In this document: positions 1 through 9,240 of the stretch, piece by piece
Layout of the letters: each line of letters opens with the position of its first letter
Numbering within the stretch: position 1 is the stretch's first letter
Source of the DNA: a virus
Lineage: Duplodnaviria > Caudoviricetes
Length of the DNA stretch: 64,000 nucleotides
IMG/VR virus record: IMGVR_UViG_3300050581_000016
Span: 12,299-76,298 of that record
Direction: 5' to 3' (one strand)
Translations under genes and position numbers: made by a program
The notes under the pieces: model-generated
What the model was told of the DNA's origin: nothing
What the model saw: the letters and a program-made list of their open reading frames with translations, nothing else
Database searches by the model: none

Positions 1-80
1 TCGTTATCCGTCATTGAAGCCCGCCTTAATGAAGCGTCCGGTGCTGGGCCAATGGCTCCGTGACGCGGGAGTGAATTGAC

Positions 81-335
81 ATGAATGGTGATGCCAAAAC
101 GATGCTGTTGGTCGCAAAGTCTGCGCGGGTTATCAGATCGTGCGAGACGGCTGAGCAAATCAAGGTGGCAGAGGCATTTCTGAAGAGAACTTTGCGCGTT
201 ATCGGCTGGCGCGGCCTCTTCGCCTCGCACCTGGCAACGGAAGCGTGTTGGAAGTTGATGCTTCTCCTTGAGCACGCAAAACGTCGTGTTTATCGGGAAG
301 GAGGGAATGAATGGAACAGCTTAGCAAAGAGTTGA
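81..335 (+). CDS. hypothetical protein, paralog of 311..544
   Basis: 84 aa ORF sharing the RVIRSC.T...IK.AE.FL motif with the next ORF. Confidence 0.7.
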   Translation: MNGDAKTMLLVAKSARVIRSCETAEQIKVAEAFLKRTLRVIGWRGLFASHLATEACWKLMLLLEHAKRRVYREGGNEWNSLAKS

Positions 336-544
336 TGATCGCGGTGAAGATCGAGCGTGTCATCAGGTCGTGCAAGACGCCTAACCACATCAAGGCGGCA
401 GAAATCTTCTTGAGGGCGGGGTTGCGGGCAATGGGATTTCACACGTTCTCGCCGGATTGGATGTGGGATGTGAGGTCTGACCTTGAGGGCCTTCTTGGCG
501 CGATGAGGCGCCTTATCAAAGCGGAGGCTGAGCGCCATGCTTGA
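311..544 (+). CDS. hypothetical protein, paralog of 81..335
   Basis: 77 aa ORF with GGAGGG SD, overlapping both neighbours. Confidence 0.7.
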   Translation: MEQLSKELMIAVKIERVIRSCKTPNHIKAAEIFLRAGLRAMGFHTFSPDWMWDVRSDLEGLLGAMRRLIKAEAERHA

Positions 545-1850
545 TCTGAACTTCGAGGCCAAGACCCTGGCCTGCCTCTTGAGGTCGAACCAGTTCTGCG
601 CCGTGGCGGCCCAGCACATGAGTCCCAGCCACTTCGAGGGCGCCATGCGAAAGAACCTGGCCAAGATGGCCCTGGACTTCCACGGCCTCTACGGGACGCA
701 CCTGACCGGCTTGGGCTTCGTGAACGAAATGAAGAAGCTGGTCAAGGCGGGCACCCTGAAGAAGGCCGAGGTCAACGCCTACACAGAAGAGTACAAGGCC
801 CTGGCCGCCCTGGACATCTCTGATTGGGAGTACGTCCTCAAGGAAAACATGACCTTCATCAAGGGTCGGGAGATGCGGGCGCTCATTGAAGACGCCGTCA
901 AGAAGCACCTTCCCAAGGACGACTTCGAGGCCATCGAGAAGCAGTTCGGGAAGATCGCGGCCATCAGCATGCGGGCGTCTGTCGAGCCGGTTGACTACTA
1001 CGACGAGAAGGCGGTTGACGACAGATCGAAGCGCCGGGAGGACGAGAAGGCGTCGCGGGTGATCGGCATCTCCACCGGCATCAAGCAGATCGACGCCTTC
1101 CTGCCGTCCCAGGGCTGGCGCCGCAAAGAACTCTACATCATCATGGGAGGGGCCAAGCGGGGCAAGACGATGGCCATGCTCTGGTTCGCCTACTGCGCGA
1201 GCCTCCAGGGCTTCAACGTGCCCTACTTCTCATGCGAGGTCAGCCGGGAGGTCATTGAAGACCGGCTGGACGCCATGATCGCCAACGTCGAAATCAACAA
1301 GCTCCCAGACAACATCAGACACGTTGCCGACCGAGTCAAACTGACCAGGCCCACGGGGCGCATCTTCATCTACGAGTATCCGACCCGATCCCTGTCCGTG
1401 CCCGAAATGCGGCGGCAGATACAGAAGCTGGAGATGGAGAAGGGCATCAGCGTGGACATGATCGTGAGCGACTACGCCCAGATCATGAAGGCGTCCAGGC
1501 GCTACGCCGACGACCCGTTGAGGGAAGAGGCCAGCATCTTTGAGGATCACCGCAAGATGGCCGGTGAGTTCGGTATTCCGGTCATCACGGGCTCCCAGAC
1601 GAATCGGGCTGGCTCGACCAAGGCCGTGGTCAAGGGAACGGACACGGGCGGGACATTCGAGAAGATTGCCATCGCGGACGGCACTCTGACCCTGTCGGCA
1701 CGGGATGAGGAGCTGGCGGGCGGCTTCATGCGGATCAGGCTGAGCGAGATGCGGAACGCGCCGAGCAAGACCTTCAAGATCAAGACCGACTTCGGCATGG
1801 GCCGGTTCTACAGGGAGTTCGTCGAGGTCGAAGAGGAGGAAGCGGCATGA
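537..1850 (+). CDS. dnaB: DnaB-like replicative helicase
   Basis: Walker A GGAKRGKT, motifs FSCEV, IVSDYAQIM and SQTNR; lies next to the primase. Confidence 0.9.
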   Translation: MLDLNFEAKTLACLLRSNQFCAVAAQHMSPSHFEGAMRKNLAKMALDFHGLYGTHLTGLGFVNEMKKLVKAGTLKKAEVNAYTEEYKALAALDISDWEYVLKENMTFIKGREMRALIEDAVKKHLPKDDFEAIEKQFGKIAAISMRASVEPVDYYDEKAVDDRSKRREDEKASRVIGISTGIKQIDAFLPSQGWRRKELYIIMGGAKRGKTMAMLWFAYCASLQGFNVPYFSCEVSREVIEDRLDAMIANVEINKLPDNIRHVADRVKLTRPTGRIFIYEYPTRSLSVPEMRRQIQKLEMEKGISVDMIVSDYAQIMKASRRYADDPLREEASIFEDHRKMAGEFGIPVITGSQTNRAGSTKAVVKGTDTGGTFEKIAIADGTLTLSARDEELAGGFMRIRLSEMRNAPSKTFKIKTDFGMGRFYREFVEVEEEEAA

Positions 1851-2275
1851 GATTGGAATTCATGTCAGGAAGCGGCGAGTGTTTTAGCGGCGGCGAGCTG
1901 GTTGAGAGCCACCCAGGGGTTCAGGAGATGGACGGGACATGGATTGAGCCGCCATCTATGGAGCCTATCATTGACCTGGGCGAGCTTGAGGCGGTCTTTG
2001 CCTACATGAGCGAGCAGTTCCCAAAGGGCTGGAAGATCGAGGACGGCAAGGTCATCTCAGCGGTGCCGGTCAAGAAGCGGCGAGCCGCCAAGGCGCCTCT
2101 CAAGAAGAACACTATGAGGCTGGATGAGAATGGCTTGACGCTCGAAGACGACGAGCTGAAGGTCTGCCCCGATTGTGGCGGGAATGGCTGCATAGAAGAC
2201 GAGATGGGCTTTCGCATGTGCAATACCTGTGCCAGCATGGGCGCTATCAGAAAGGACGGAGACGATGACCTGTAA
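1847..2275 (+). CDS. hypothetical protein with C-terminal zinc finger
   Basis: CPDCGGNGC...CNTC; ATGA overlap with the helicase. Confidence 0.65.
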   Translation: MRLEFMSGSGECFSGGELVESHPGVQEMDGTWIEPPSMEPIIDLGELEAVFAYMSEQFPKGWKIEDGKVISAVPVKKRRAAKAPLKKNTMRLDENGLTLEDDELKVCPDCGGNGCIEDEMGFRMCNTCASMGAIRKDGDDDL

Positions 2276-2438
2276 TTGCAACTGTCATACCGATTGGTGG
2301 GAGAAGGCGGGCGGCAAGAAGCACGCCGACTGCAACGAATGTACCCTGGAGCTGTTCAAGGAGGCACAGGAGATCAATACGGCCAAGGGCGAGATCGCCT
2401 ATGTCGTCTGCGATGAAGACGACGGATACCCAGACTAG
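2265..2438 (+). CDS. small Cys-rich hypothetical protein
   Basis: MTCNCNCH...; ATG at 2265 after GGAG. Confidence 0.5.
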   Translation: MTCNCNCHTDWWEKAGGKKHADCNECTLELFKEAQEINTAKGEIAYVVCDEDDGYPD

Positions 2439-2447
2439 GAGGGCGTC

Positions 2448-3401
2448 GTGGGCTTCCGAGACTACCTTGAACAGCACTTCAACTTGAAAGAGGTGTCGGC
2501 GGGCACTCAGCTTCAGGTGCTGGGCGAGTGCCCGTTCTGCGGCAAGGACAGCGACGATCTGAGGCTCTATGTCAACGCCTCGACCGGCCTGGGCTTCTGC
2601 CAGCACTGTTCCAAGGGCTTCAGCCCGATAGGGTTCGTCATGGCCCGCGAGCGCTGCACGGCGAAGCAGGCCGGTCGGATTCTGGCGGGCCTGGGCGACG
2701 GCTACGTCAGGACGGAGGACGACGATCCTGATCCGGTCATTGCGGTTCCCTGGCCGGTCATGGAGGGCGTCTTCGACCACCCGCACGCCCAGGCGTACTT
2801 GAACAACCGGAACGTGAGCGACGCCATGATCGAGGCTCACGGCCTGGGTTACTGCACCAAGAACATGCTCTATGGCGACAAGGTCTACCGGACGGCTGGC
2901 CGGATCATCATCCCGGTCTACGATGCTGCCGGGAACCCCGTGGGCTGGCAGGGACGGGACACCACCGGCAAGAGCAAGATCAAGTATCTGTTTCCACCCC
3001 GCTTCGATGCGAGTGAGCACCTGTTCAATATCCATGCCGTCCTGGGGAGCCCGACCTATGTGATCCTCTGCGAGGGAGCCTTCGACGTCTTTGGCTGGAA
3101 GCGCTTTGGGATCGTGAACGTCCTGGGAACCTTCGGGAAGAAGATCAGCCATGCTCAGGTGGACTTGTTACTGGGCCTGGGCGTCAAGAATGTCCTCATT
3201 GCCTGGGACAGTGACGCCCATTGGGAGCGTGATACGTTTTGCGAGCAGTATGGACATCTATTCAAGACCCGAATCGTTGACCTGGGCGGCGTGGATGCAG
3301 ATGAAGCGAGCCAACAGGATGTGAACAAAGCCCTTCGAGAGGCAAGGGCCTATGATTGGTCTGTCAAGATTCTGGCCAGCTTGAATGACAAGGAAGGCTA
3401 G
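2448..3401 (+). CDS. dnaG: DNA primase (zinc finger plus TOPRIM)
   Basis: CPFC..CQHC zinc finger, RIIIPV, GWQGR, TOPRIM motifs CEGAFD and WDSD. Confidence 0.9.
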   Translation: MGFRDYLEQHFNLKEVSAGTQLQVLGECPFCGKDSDDLRLYVNASTGLGFCQHCSKGFSPIGFVMARERCTAKQAGRILAGLGDGYVRTEDDDPDPVIAVPWPVMEGVFDHPHAQAYLNNRNVSDAMIEAHGLGYCTKNMLYGDKVYRTAGRIIIPVYDAAGNPVGWQGRDTTGKSKIKYLFPPRFDASEHLFNIHAVLGSPTYVILCEGAFDVFGWKRFGIVNVLGTFGKKISHAQVDLLLGLGVKNVLIAWDSDAHWERDTFCEQYGHLFKTRIVDLGGVDADEASQQDVNKALREARAYDWSVKILASLNDKEG

Positions 3402-3814
3402 ACGGCGCCCAGTATTGGGCCGCGTCTGTTGGGTTTCCGATCTACGAGAGGTGCAATTTTTGAAACCAGTTTGTCAAGGAGCTTCTCGACTTTCTTGTCA
3501 ATGGCGTCTTTAGACCCTTCGCCGAGGTTTCGCATCGCTGGCATGGCCGAGAAAATTGCCTGATAGCACTCTGGATACAGGTATTTCAGAAGTACGAGCC
3601 CAAATTCTTTCGGCATTTCGTAGGCTTCTACGAAGTCGTTGATTCTGGTCAATGGCACGGTCGATTTGTTCGTTTCGATCATGCTGATGAAGTTTGCGTT
3701 TCGATAGCTCAGCCGGTCTGCGATCTCCTTCTGCGAGATGTTGATTTTTTCTCGCTGGATTTTCAACACGGCACCGATCAGTTTCGCCTTCTCGTACTTC
3801 GCATCGGCCATCAT
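3398..3814 (-). CDS. XRE-family HTH transcriptional regulator (putative repressor)
   Basis: REKINISQKEIADRLSY..ANFISMIETNK HTH; divergent from the cobT operon; alternative TTG start at 3841. Confidence 0.8.
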   Translation of the reverse strand: MMADAKYEKAKLIGAVLKIQREKINISQKEIADRLSYRNANFISMIETNKSTVPLTRINDFVEAYEMPKEFGLVLLKYLYPECYQAIFSAMPAMRNLGEGSKDAIDKKVEKLLDKLVSKIAPLVDRKPNRRGPILGAV

Positions 3815-4069
3815 CCCCCCCCCCTTCCCTCTCTCTTTCAAAGATTCCGTTCACTGTCGGTTCTTTTAGCCTCACTTAAGGTTAATTAAGCGCTTAGCAG
3901 ATTGCAAGAGGAAAATACAATTCTCATTAAAAAAATTTAATGTTTCTGGCATCTTTGCCGATATCCCGTTCGTGGAGGCTCGACAACGCTTTGATCTATA
4001 TAGCGATTCATTAATACACCATTATTAGAGGCGCCAGAAGCAAAAATCACGAAGCACTTAATTTTTTTC

Positions 4070-4098
4070 TTGCAATCAGTCACTGCTTAGTATATTGT
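4070..4098 (+). promoter_or_regulatory. sigma70-type early promoter
   Basis: TTGCAA-17 nt-TATTGT upstream of the cobT-like gene. Confidence 0.65.
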
Positions 4099-4141
4099 GG
4101 GCTTGACGGTTAAGCAACGACCCAAACCAACGGAGGATACG

Positions 4142-6172
4142 ATGCAAAGCGAACTGACCAAAGTAGCACGGATCATGAGCCAGAAGTACGACGTCCAGGT
4201 TGCCTGCAAAGGCGCCCAGGCGTACACCAATGGCAATCTGGTCGTGATTCCGGCCTTGCCCGAGAAGATGACCGACGAAGCTAAGGCCATCGTGCGAGGC
4301 TACCTTGACCATGAAAAAGGCCATGTGACCCGCACCGACTTTGAAGCCATGAAGGCTGCCCGCCTTGACCCCACGCTTCACAAGGTCTGGAACTACATTG
4401 AGGACTTGTGGACGGAGGCCGCCGACGCCCGCGAATACCCCGGAACGAAAACCAATCTGAATGCCCTGGCAGAATCGGTTATCAAGGGCGAACCCCAGGA
4501 ACATCCCATGATGCAGTTGTTCGTTGAGGGACGCCGCCAGATCGGAGGCTACGCCCTGAGCGGGCCGAGCTACGACCGCGAAATCAAACACCACTTCGGG
4601 GCCGACGTGCTTGAGCGGATCGCGGCCATCACCAGCACGAGCGAAGCGATTGAGCTGGCACGCAAGCTGGTTGAGAACTACGACAACTCAATGCCTGACC
4701 CGCAAGACGGCCCGACCGGCGAGAGCGAAGAATCGGCACCGTCCAAGGGCCAGAGCAACGACAAGGGCAAAGACCAGGGCGACGGCGAGCAGGCCGAGAG
4801 CGACGAGCAGGGCGAGGGTGAAGGCTCTGAGGGCGCTGGCAAGAGCGACGAGCAGGGCGAGGGGGAAGGCTCCGAGGGTGATGGCGAGGGCGAAGACGGC
4901 GAGGATCAGGAAGGCCAGGACGGTGAAGGCAAGGGCAAGGGCCAGGACGAAGGCGACGCCGAAGAGAGCGAAGGCGGCGAAGGTGACGGCTCTGAGGGCG
5001 ATGCCGGTGACGACAGCGACCAGGACGGCGAGGGCGACGGCGGCGAAGGCCAGGGCAGTCAGGACGGCGGCGACGGAGAGGCCGATGGGGATGGGAAAGG
5101 CGGCAAGGGTGAAGGCATCGCCGAGCAGGGCGACGAGCCGGAAGACGGCGACCATCACAAGGTCGAGGAAGGGCAAGCGGCGATTGCGGTTGCCCCCGAC
5201 TTGAAGGATGCCCCCGAAGACCCCATCACCCTGGTCAAGGAGTACCTGAGCAAGCTCAATGCAGAGGCCCTTGACAGCGGCGAGTACATGATCTGGGACA
5301 CCAGCATGGACATCGTGAGGCCCGCCAAAGAGGGCGACGACACCTTTGAGTATGAGCGCATGAAGAGGGAGCTTGGGAGCCTGAACGTGATGCGGGGTCG
5401 GGTTGCTCAGTTGTTCAACGCAAGAACGGCATCCAGGTGGACGGGCGACCGGGATCAGGGAAAGATCAACAACCGAGCGCTTGCGACCGTGGCAGCCGGG
5501 AATCGACGGGTGTTCCGCGAAAAGCTGGTGAGCGCCGACAAGGACACCGCCGTGACCTTCCTGGTTGACCATAGCGGGAGCATGGAGTACGGCCCCGACC
5601 GTCAGGCCATGAAGGCCGTGATTGCCTTCCTTGAAACCCTGGAAGGCACGAAGATCAAGACGGAAGTCCTGACCTACACCACGAACTGGGACGCCAGCGA
5701 GGACTACCACAAGCGCATAGTAAAAGCCCGCGAGGCAGCCAAGGCGGCCAAAGAGGGATACGGAAGGGTCGAGGGAACCCTGCATGTGATCGTGAAGGGA
5801 TTCGACGAACCCTACGGACTGAAGATCAAGAGGCGCATCAGCAACTACCAGCGTGAGGTGTCCGCGAACAACTGTGACGGGGATTCGGTGAAGTGGGCTT
5901 ACGAGCGGATCAAGACCAGGCCCGAACAACGCAAGGTGCTCTTTGTGCTGACTGATGGATGTGTCTGCAATGCCGGGGATGACCGGAAGGGCATGGCCTA
6001 CCTGAAGAAGGTCACGAAGGTGATCGAGGCCGACCCGCACGTTGAGCTTATCTGCCTTGCCATCGAAGAGGCGACCGCCAAGAAATACTACAAGAATTGC
6101 GTGGACATCACCGGGGCCGAGAACCTCCCAGCAACCCTGATGGGCGAGCTTAGAAAACTCCTCAAGGTGTAA
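4142..6172 (+). CDS. cobT: CobT-like VWA-domain protein with long acidic linker
   Basis: N-terminal DHEKGH, G/E/D-rich linker, MIDAS motif LVDHSGS, LTDG; adjacent to a CobS-like ATPase. Confidence 0.8.
   Translation: MQSELTKVARIMSQKYDVQVACKGAQAYTNGNLVVIPALPEKMTDEAKAIVRGYLDHEKGHVTRTDFEAMKAARLDPTLHKVWNYIEDLWTEAADAREYPGTKTNLNALAESVIKGEPQEHPMMQLFVEGRRQIGGYALSGPSYDREIKHHFGADVLERIAAITSTSEAIELARKLVENYDNSMPDPQDGPTGESEESAPSKGQSNDKGKDQGDGEQAESDEQGEGEGSEGAGKSDEQGEGEGSEGDGEGEDGEDQEGQDGEGKGKGQDEGDAEESEGGEGDGSEGDAGDDSDQDGEGDGGEGQGSQDGGDGEADGDGKGGKGEGIAEQGDEPEDGDHHKVEEGQAAIAVAPDLKDAPEDPITLVKEYLSKLNAEALDSGEYMIWDTSMDIVRPAKEGDDTFEYERMKRELGSLNVMRGRVAQLFNARTASRWTGDRDQGKINNRALATVAAGNRRVFREKLVSADKDTAVTFLVDHSGSMEYGPDRQAMKAVIAFLETLEGTKIKTEVLTYTTNWDASEDYHKRIVKAREAAKAAKEGYGRVEGTLHVIVKGFDEPYGLKIKRRISNYQREVSANNCDGDSVKWAYERIKTRPEQRKVLFVLTDGCVCNAGDDRKGMAYLKKVTKVIEADPHVELICLAIEEATAKKYYKNCVDITGAENLPATLMGELRKLLKV
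4799..4880 (+). repeat. 45 bp-period tandem duplication in the acidic linker
   Basis: AGCGACGAGCAGGGCGAGGG.GAAGGCTC.GAGGG twice (SDEQGEGEGSEG x2). Confidence 0.75.
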
Positions 6173-6179
6173 CCACCGA

Positions 6180-6202
6180 AGGGCCGGGAAACCGGCCCTT
6201 TC
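6180..6202 (+). terminator. intrinsic terminator
   Basis: AGGGCCGG-GAAA-CCGGCCCT followed by TT; the same hairpin recurs near 15407 and 46752. Confidence 0.7.
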
Positions 6203-6288
6203 TACTTTCCAGGCCCTTCCAGAGGCGCGAATTTTCAACACGCCGCCCAGCGACCAGGCAAAAAAGTTCACGGGCCTGGGCACCCGCC

Positions 6289-6464
6289 AACCCTTACTGA
6301 TGGCCGATTTGAGCGTCAGTGCATTAAGAATCTGATTGGGTGTCAATACACACAATCCCGCCTCGGTGCGCTCTAAACGCAAATTAGGGGCCTTCGTGGC
6401 GAAGGGCCGTTTTCGGCGTTTGGCACGGAACTTGCCCTGCCAAAAATCTTGGCATGAAAATTGT
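6289..6464 (+). promoter_or_regulatory. conserved regulatory module copy A, with tandem sigma54-like -24/-12 boxes
   Basis: TGGCACG-GAAC-TTGC (6421-6435) and TGGCATG-AAAA-TTGT (6450-6464); upstream block shared with 36719 and 56790. Confidence 0.7.
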
Positions 6465-6498
6465 TTGAAAATAAGTCATTACTTAGTGCATTTTTCTG

Positions 6499-6527
6499 TT
6501 GACAGATAAGTAATTACTTAGTATTCT
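6499..6527 (+). promoter_or_regulatory. sigma70-type promoter with palindrome in the spacer
   Basis: TTGACA-17 nt-TATTCT; spacer contains TAAGTAATTACTTA. Confidence 0.7.
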
Positions 6528-6571
6528 GTTGTTGACGGTTAGGGAACAAACCAACAACGACGGAGGCTACG

Positions 6572-7675
6572 ATGAAAGATGCGAACTTCTTTGGCAAGGT
6601 TGAGTGCAGGATTTGTGGAGCGAAGGCGCACTTCTTGGAGATGCACCTGACAGAAGTTCACGGCATGACCGCTGCCGACTACCTCAAGACCTACCCTGAC
6701 GCCAAGGTGCTCAGCGAGGCCGCCGAGCACAAGCTGTCCCAGATCGCCAGCGACACCAGGAACCAGAAAGTGGTCGTGAAGCTGAAAGACCTCTTTGGCG
6801 CGAACCCGTTTGGCAATCCCGATAGGGCGACCATCGAAGCCTTCAAGGCGCCCCGACCGAACACCCCGAAGACCGACCCCAACTACTACTTCAACCCCGA
6901 AATCCTGGCGGTTGTTTTGTACGCCATTCAGAACCAGAACATGAAGCTCCTGCTGGTAGGCCCGACCGGATCGGGCAAGACCAGCATCGCCGAACAGGTC
7001 GCGGCACGCCTCAACAGGGGCTTCTACAGGATCAACTTTGACGGCGACATTACGAGGGCCGACCTGGTCGGGCAATGGGTTCTGACCGTCAAGAACGAGA
7101 TGCACTTCCAGTACGGCATACTGCCGAAGGCCATGAGGGAAGGAGCCGTCCTGGTGCTTGACGAGTGGGATTGCGTGAACCCCTCGGTGGGCATGGTGCT
7201 GCAATCCATGATCGAGGGCAAGCCTCTGACCATCACCGAGACGGGCGAGGTCATTGAGCCGCACCCCGACTTTCGGCTGATCGCTACGGCGAACACGGTG
7301 GGACAGGGCGACGACACCGGCCTCTACAACGGGACTCAGCCCCAGAACTTTGCGACCCTCGACCGCTTTACGGTGGTTGAGCACGTTGACTATCCGACCC
7401 AGGCCAAGGAAAAGAAAATCCTGACCCAGACCACGGGCATCACAGACGACGACGTGCTGGACAAGCTGACCCGCACCGCGAAGCTGATCCGCGAAGCGTT
7501 TGTGAAGCAGGAAATCAGGGCGACCATGAGCACGCGGACGGTGGTGAACGCGGCCAGACTGATGCTTGATTGGGGTTCCCCGAAGCGGGCCTACACGTTG
7601 GGCTTCCTGAACAAGCTGACCACTGAGGATCAGAACGTGTGCCTGGAAGTCATCCAGCGAATCTGGGGCATCTAA
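6572..7675 (+). CDS. cobS: CobS-like MoxR/CbbQ AAA+ ATPase with N-terminal zinc finger
   Basis: GPTGSGKT, LVLDEWD, FRLIATANT, LDRF, MSTR; N-terminal CRIC...HLTEVH. Confidence 0.85.
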   Translation: MKDANFFGKVECRICGAKAHFLEMHLTEVHGMTAADYLKTYPDAKVLSEAAEHKLSQIASDTRNQKVVVKLKDLFGANPFGNPDRATIEAFKAPRPNTPKTDPNYYFNPEILAVVLYAIQNQNMKLLLVGPTGSGKTSIAEQVAARLNRGFYRINFDGDITRADLVGQWVLTVKNEMHFQYGILPKAMREGAVLVLDEWDCVNPSVGMVLQSMIEGKPLTITETGEVIEPHPDFRLIATANTVGQGDDTGLYNGTQPQNFATLDRFTVVEHVDYPTQAKEKKILTQTTGITDDDVLDKLTRTAKLIREAFVKQEIRATMSTRTVVNAARLMLDWGSPKRAYTLGFLNKLTTEDQNVCLEVIQRIWGI

Positions 7676-7723
7676 CCTGGACGGGCGGGCGAGATGCCCG
7701 CCCTTCTTTGTGGAGGGCAAGCG

Positions 7724-8263
7724 ATGGAATACCGGGACTACGAACCGTACATCACGAAAGCGGTCAGGAATCAACGGGCGAGAGTGTATGCCCAGACCGG
7801 CCTGGTCTTGGATGAGGCCGAGCTGCTGAGTGACTTCAACATGGACTTTCTGATGGCCTCAAAGAGCTGGCAGGAGGACGGGAGTGCGACCTTCACGACC
7901 TACCTGACACGGTGCATGTTGAACACGGTGTCGAGGCACCGGAGGTCGGCCATCGAGCGGCTGGCGTCAACGGCAGACGTTGACCTTGAGCTGCTGCCAG
8001 ACTCCCAGGCGCATCTTGAGCCGTTTGCCCTGGTTGCCGTGCGCGAGGCCGTTGACGTCATGGGCGGGCAGACCCGGAGAGTGCTTGAGTCTCTGGTTGC
8101 GCCTCCCAGCCTGAGCTGTCAGTTGAAGGGCGGCAACCGGAAGGATTGGGCGAAGTGGGAGGTCGAAGCGCTCACCGGCATGACCACTGACGCGGTCGGA
8201 TACCGCATCAAGAAGGCCAAAAAAAAGTTGAGAAACTCATTGAATTTTGCTTGCAATCAGTAA
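7724..8263 (+). CDS. phage sigma70/ECF-like sigma factor
   Basis: region-2-like FTTYLTRCMLN and a C-terminal HTH (EVEALTGMTTDAVGYRIKKAKKKL). Confidence 0.65.
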   Translation: MEYRDYEPYITKAVRNQRARVYAQTGLVLDEAELLSDFNMDFLMASKSWQEDGSATFTTYLTRCMLNTVSRHRRSAIERLASTADVDLELLPDSQAHLEPFALVAVREAVDVMGGQTRRVLESLVAPPSLSCQLKGGNRKDWAKWEVEALTGMTTDAVGYRIKKAKKKLRNSLNFACNQ

Positions 8264-8279
8264 GTGCTTATTGTATTCT
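8251..8279 (+). promoter_or_regulatory. sigma70-type promoter with operator
   Basis: TTGCAA-TCAG-TAAGTGCTTA-TTG-TATTCT, 17 nt spacer. Confidence 0.75.
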
Positions 8280-8325
8280 GAAATTGTAAGACGGCGGAAA
8301 CAAACCTAAAACGACGGAGGCTACG

Positions 8326-8880
8326 ATGGAAGCATTGAACCTGAACACGATGGCTGAGCTTGAGAGGGACATCGAGGCGACCCTGGCCGCGAAGATCGAG
8401 GCGGGCCGAGGATGCTTTGGAACGATACTCTTTAACGCCAATGACGACGTGACGTGCGGGGCCTGTGACCTGTTTGCGGCTTGCGAAGAGGCCCATGCCG
8501 CGAACCGGATGACGGTGCTCAAGAGCGCCGAGGCCGAGCTTGAGGCCGAAGAGGCGAAGCTGGCGGCGGTCAGCGAACCCGCACCTGAGCCGGTGGTCGA
8601 GCCGGTTGCCCAGGAGCTGGTTGACATTGACGTGAACGCCCTGAGCGGCAAGAGCCGCAAGAAGCAGTTTGATTGGGACAAGGCCATCAACGGCATCCTT
8701 GCCGCGAAGCCGACCCTTTTCAAGGAGGCCGCCGCGATTTGCAAGGACGCCCTGCTCCCTGAGTGGGCCTGGGCCGACGCTACGGCCTACGGCAACTGCA
8801 ACAAGATTCTGGGCGGGCTGGCGAAGGCTGGTGCCGTGAACTGGGCACCGAAGGGCAAGACCATCGAGTGGCTGAGATAG
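8326..8880 (+). CDS. hypothetical protein (Cys cluster, C-terminal winged-helix-like region)
   Basis: GGAGG SD; C...CGAC..FAAC. Confidence 0.7.
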   Translation: MEALNLNTMAELERDIEATLAAKIEAGRGCFGTILFNANDDVTCGACDLFAACEEAHAANRMTVLKSAEAELEAEEAKLAAVSEPAPEPVVEPVAQELVDIDVNALSGKSRKKQFDWDKAINGILAAKPTLFKEAAAICKDALLPEWAWADATAYGNCNKILGGLAKAGAVNWAPKGKTIEWLR

Positions 8881-8893
8881 TCAGGAGCCTGAC

Positions 8894-9232
8894 ATGACCG
8901 CGACATTTTACAAGAACTTTGCGATCAAGTGGGGAACGAACTGCACGAAGTGCGGGAGGCGCCTCGATGAAGGCGCCTCTGCCTGGGGATACAAGGACGG
9001 AGCGCTTGGGAAGTGGCGCTTCATCTGTGGCCACTGTTACTGGACGGAGACTATGACGTTCCCCGATCAGCCGGGGGAGGTTGAGGAGAAGGTCAGCGAG
9101 GAGTTTCTGAGCATGCTCCCAGACAGCGACCCCGTTGGTGTCAAACCCGAACCGCCCGCGAGCGTTAATATGGTCAAGGAAAAGCCCTTGCTTGAGCGCC
9201 TCAAGGACGAGGCGCCCTGGCGCCTGGCATAG
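8894..9232 (+). CDS. hypothetical zinc-binding protein
   Basis: CTKC...CGHC; ends LLERLKDEAPWRLA. Confidence 0.7.
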   Translation: MTATFYKNFAIKWGTNCTKCGRRLDEGASAWGYKDGALGKWRFICGHCYWTETMTFPDQPGEVEEKVSEEFLSMLPDSDPVGVKPEPPASVNMVKEKPLLERLKDEAPWRLA

Positions 9233-9240
9233 GAGGTCAA

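Noticed and set aside
3947-3959. TGGCATCTTTGC as a sigma54 promoter
   Set aside because: Spacing between the GG and GC elements is too short for -24/-12
6296-6320. Conserved dyad as a structured ncRNA or riboswitch
   Set aside because: Differences among the three copies show no clear compensatory pairing, so a DNA site is favoured; not fully excluded without a covariance analysis
4688-6382. Long minus-strand ORFs shadowing + genes (e.g. 4688..6382, 6539..7774, 9297..10850, 20171..21907)
   Set aside because: Antisense shadows of GC3-rich coding genes, with no recognisable motifs or SDs
6572-7675. AAA+ ATPase as the sigma54 activator (bEBP)
   Set aside because: It lacks GAFTGA, and its motifs fit the MoxR/CobS clade
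4142-7675. Cobalamin biosynthesis auxiliary pathway
   Set aside because: No cobN or other cob genes in the window; phage CobS/T-like pairs are not shown to chelate cobalt
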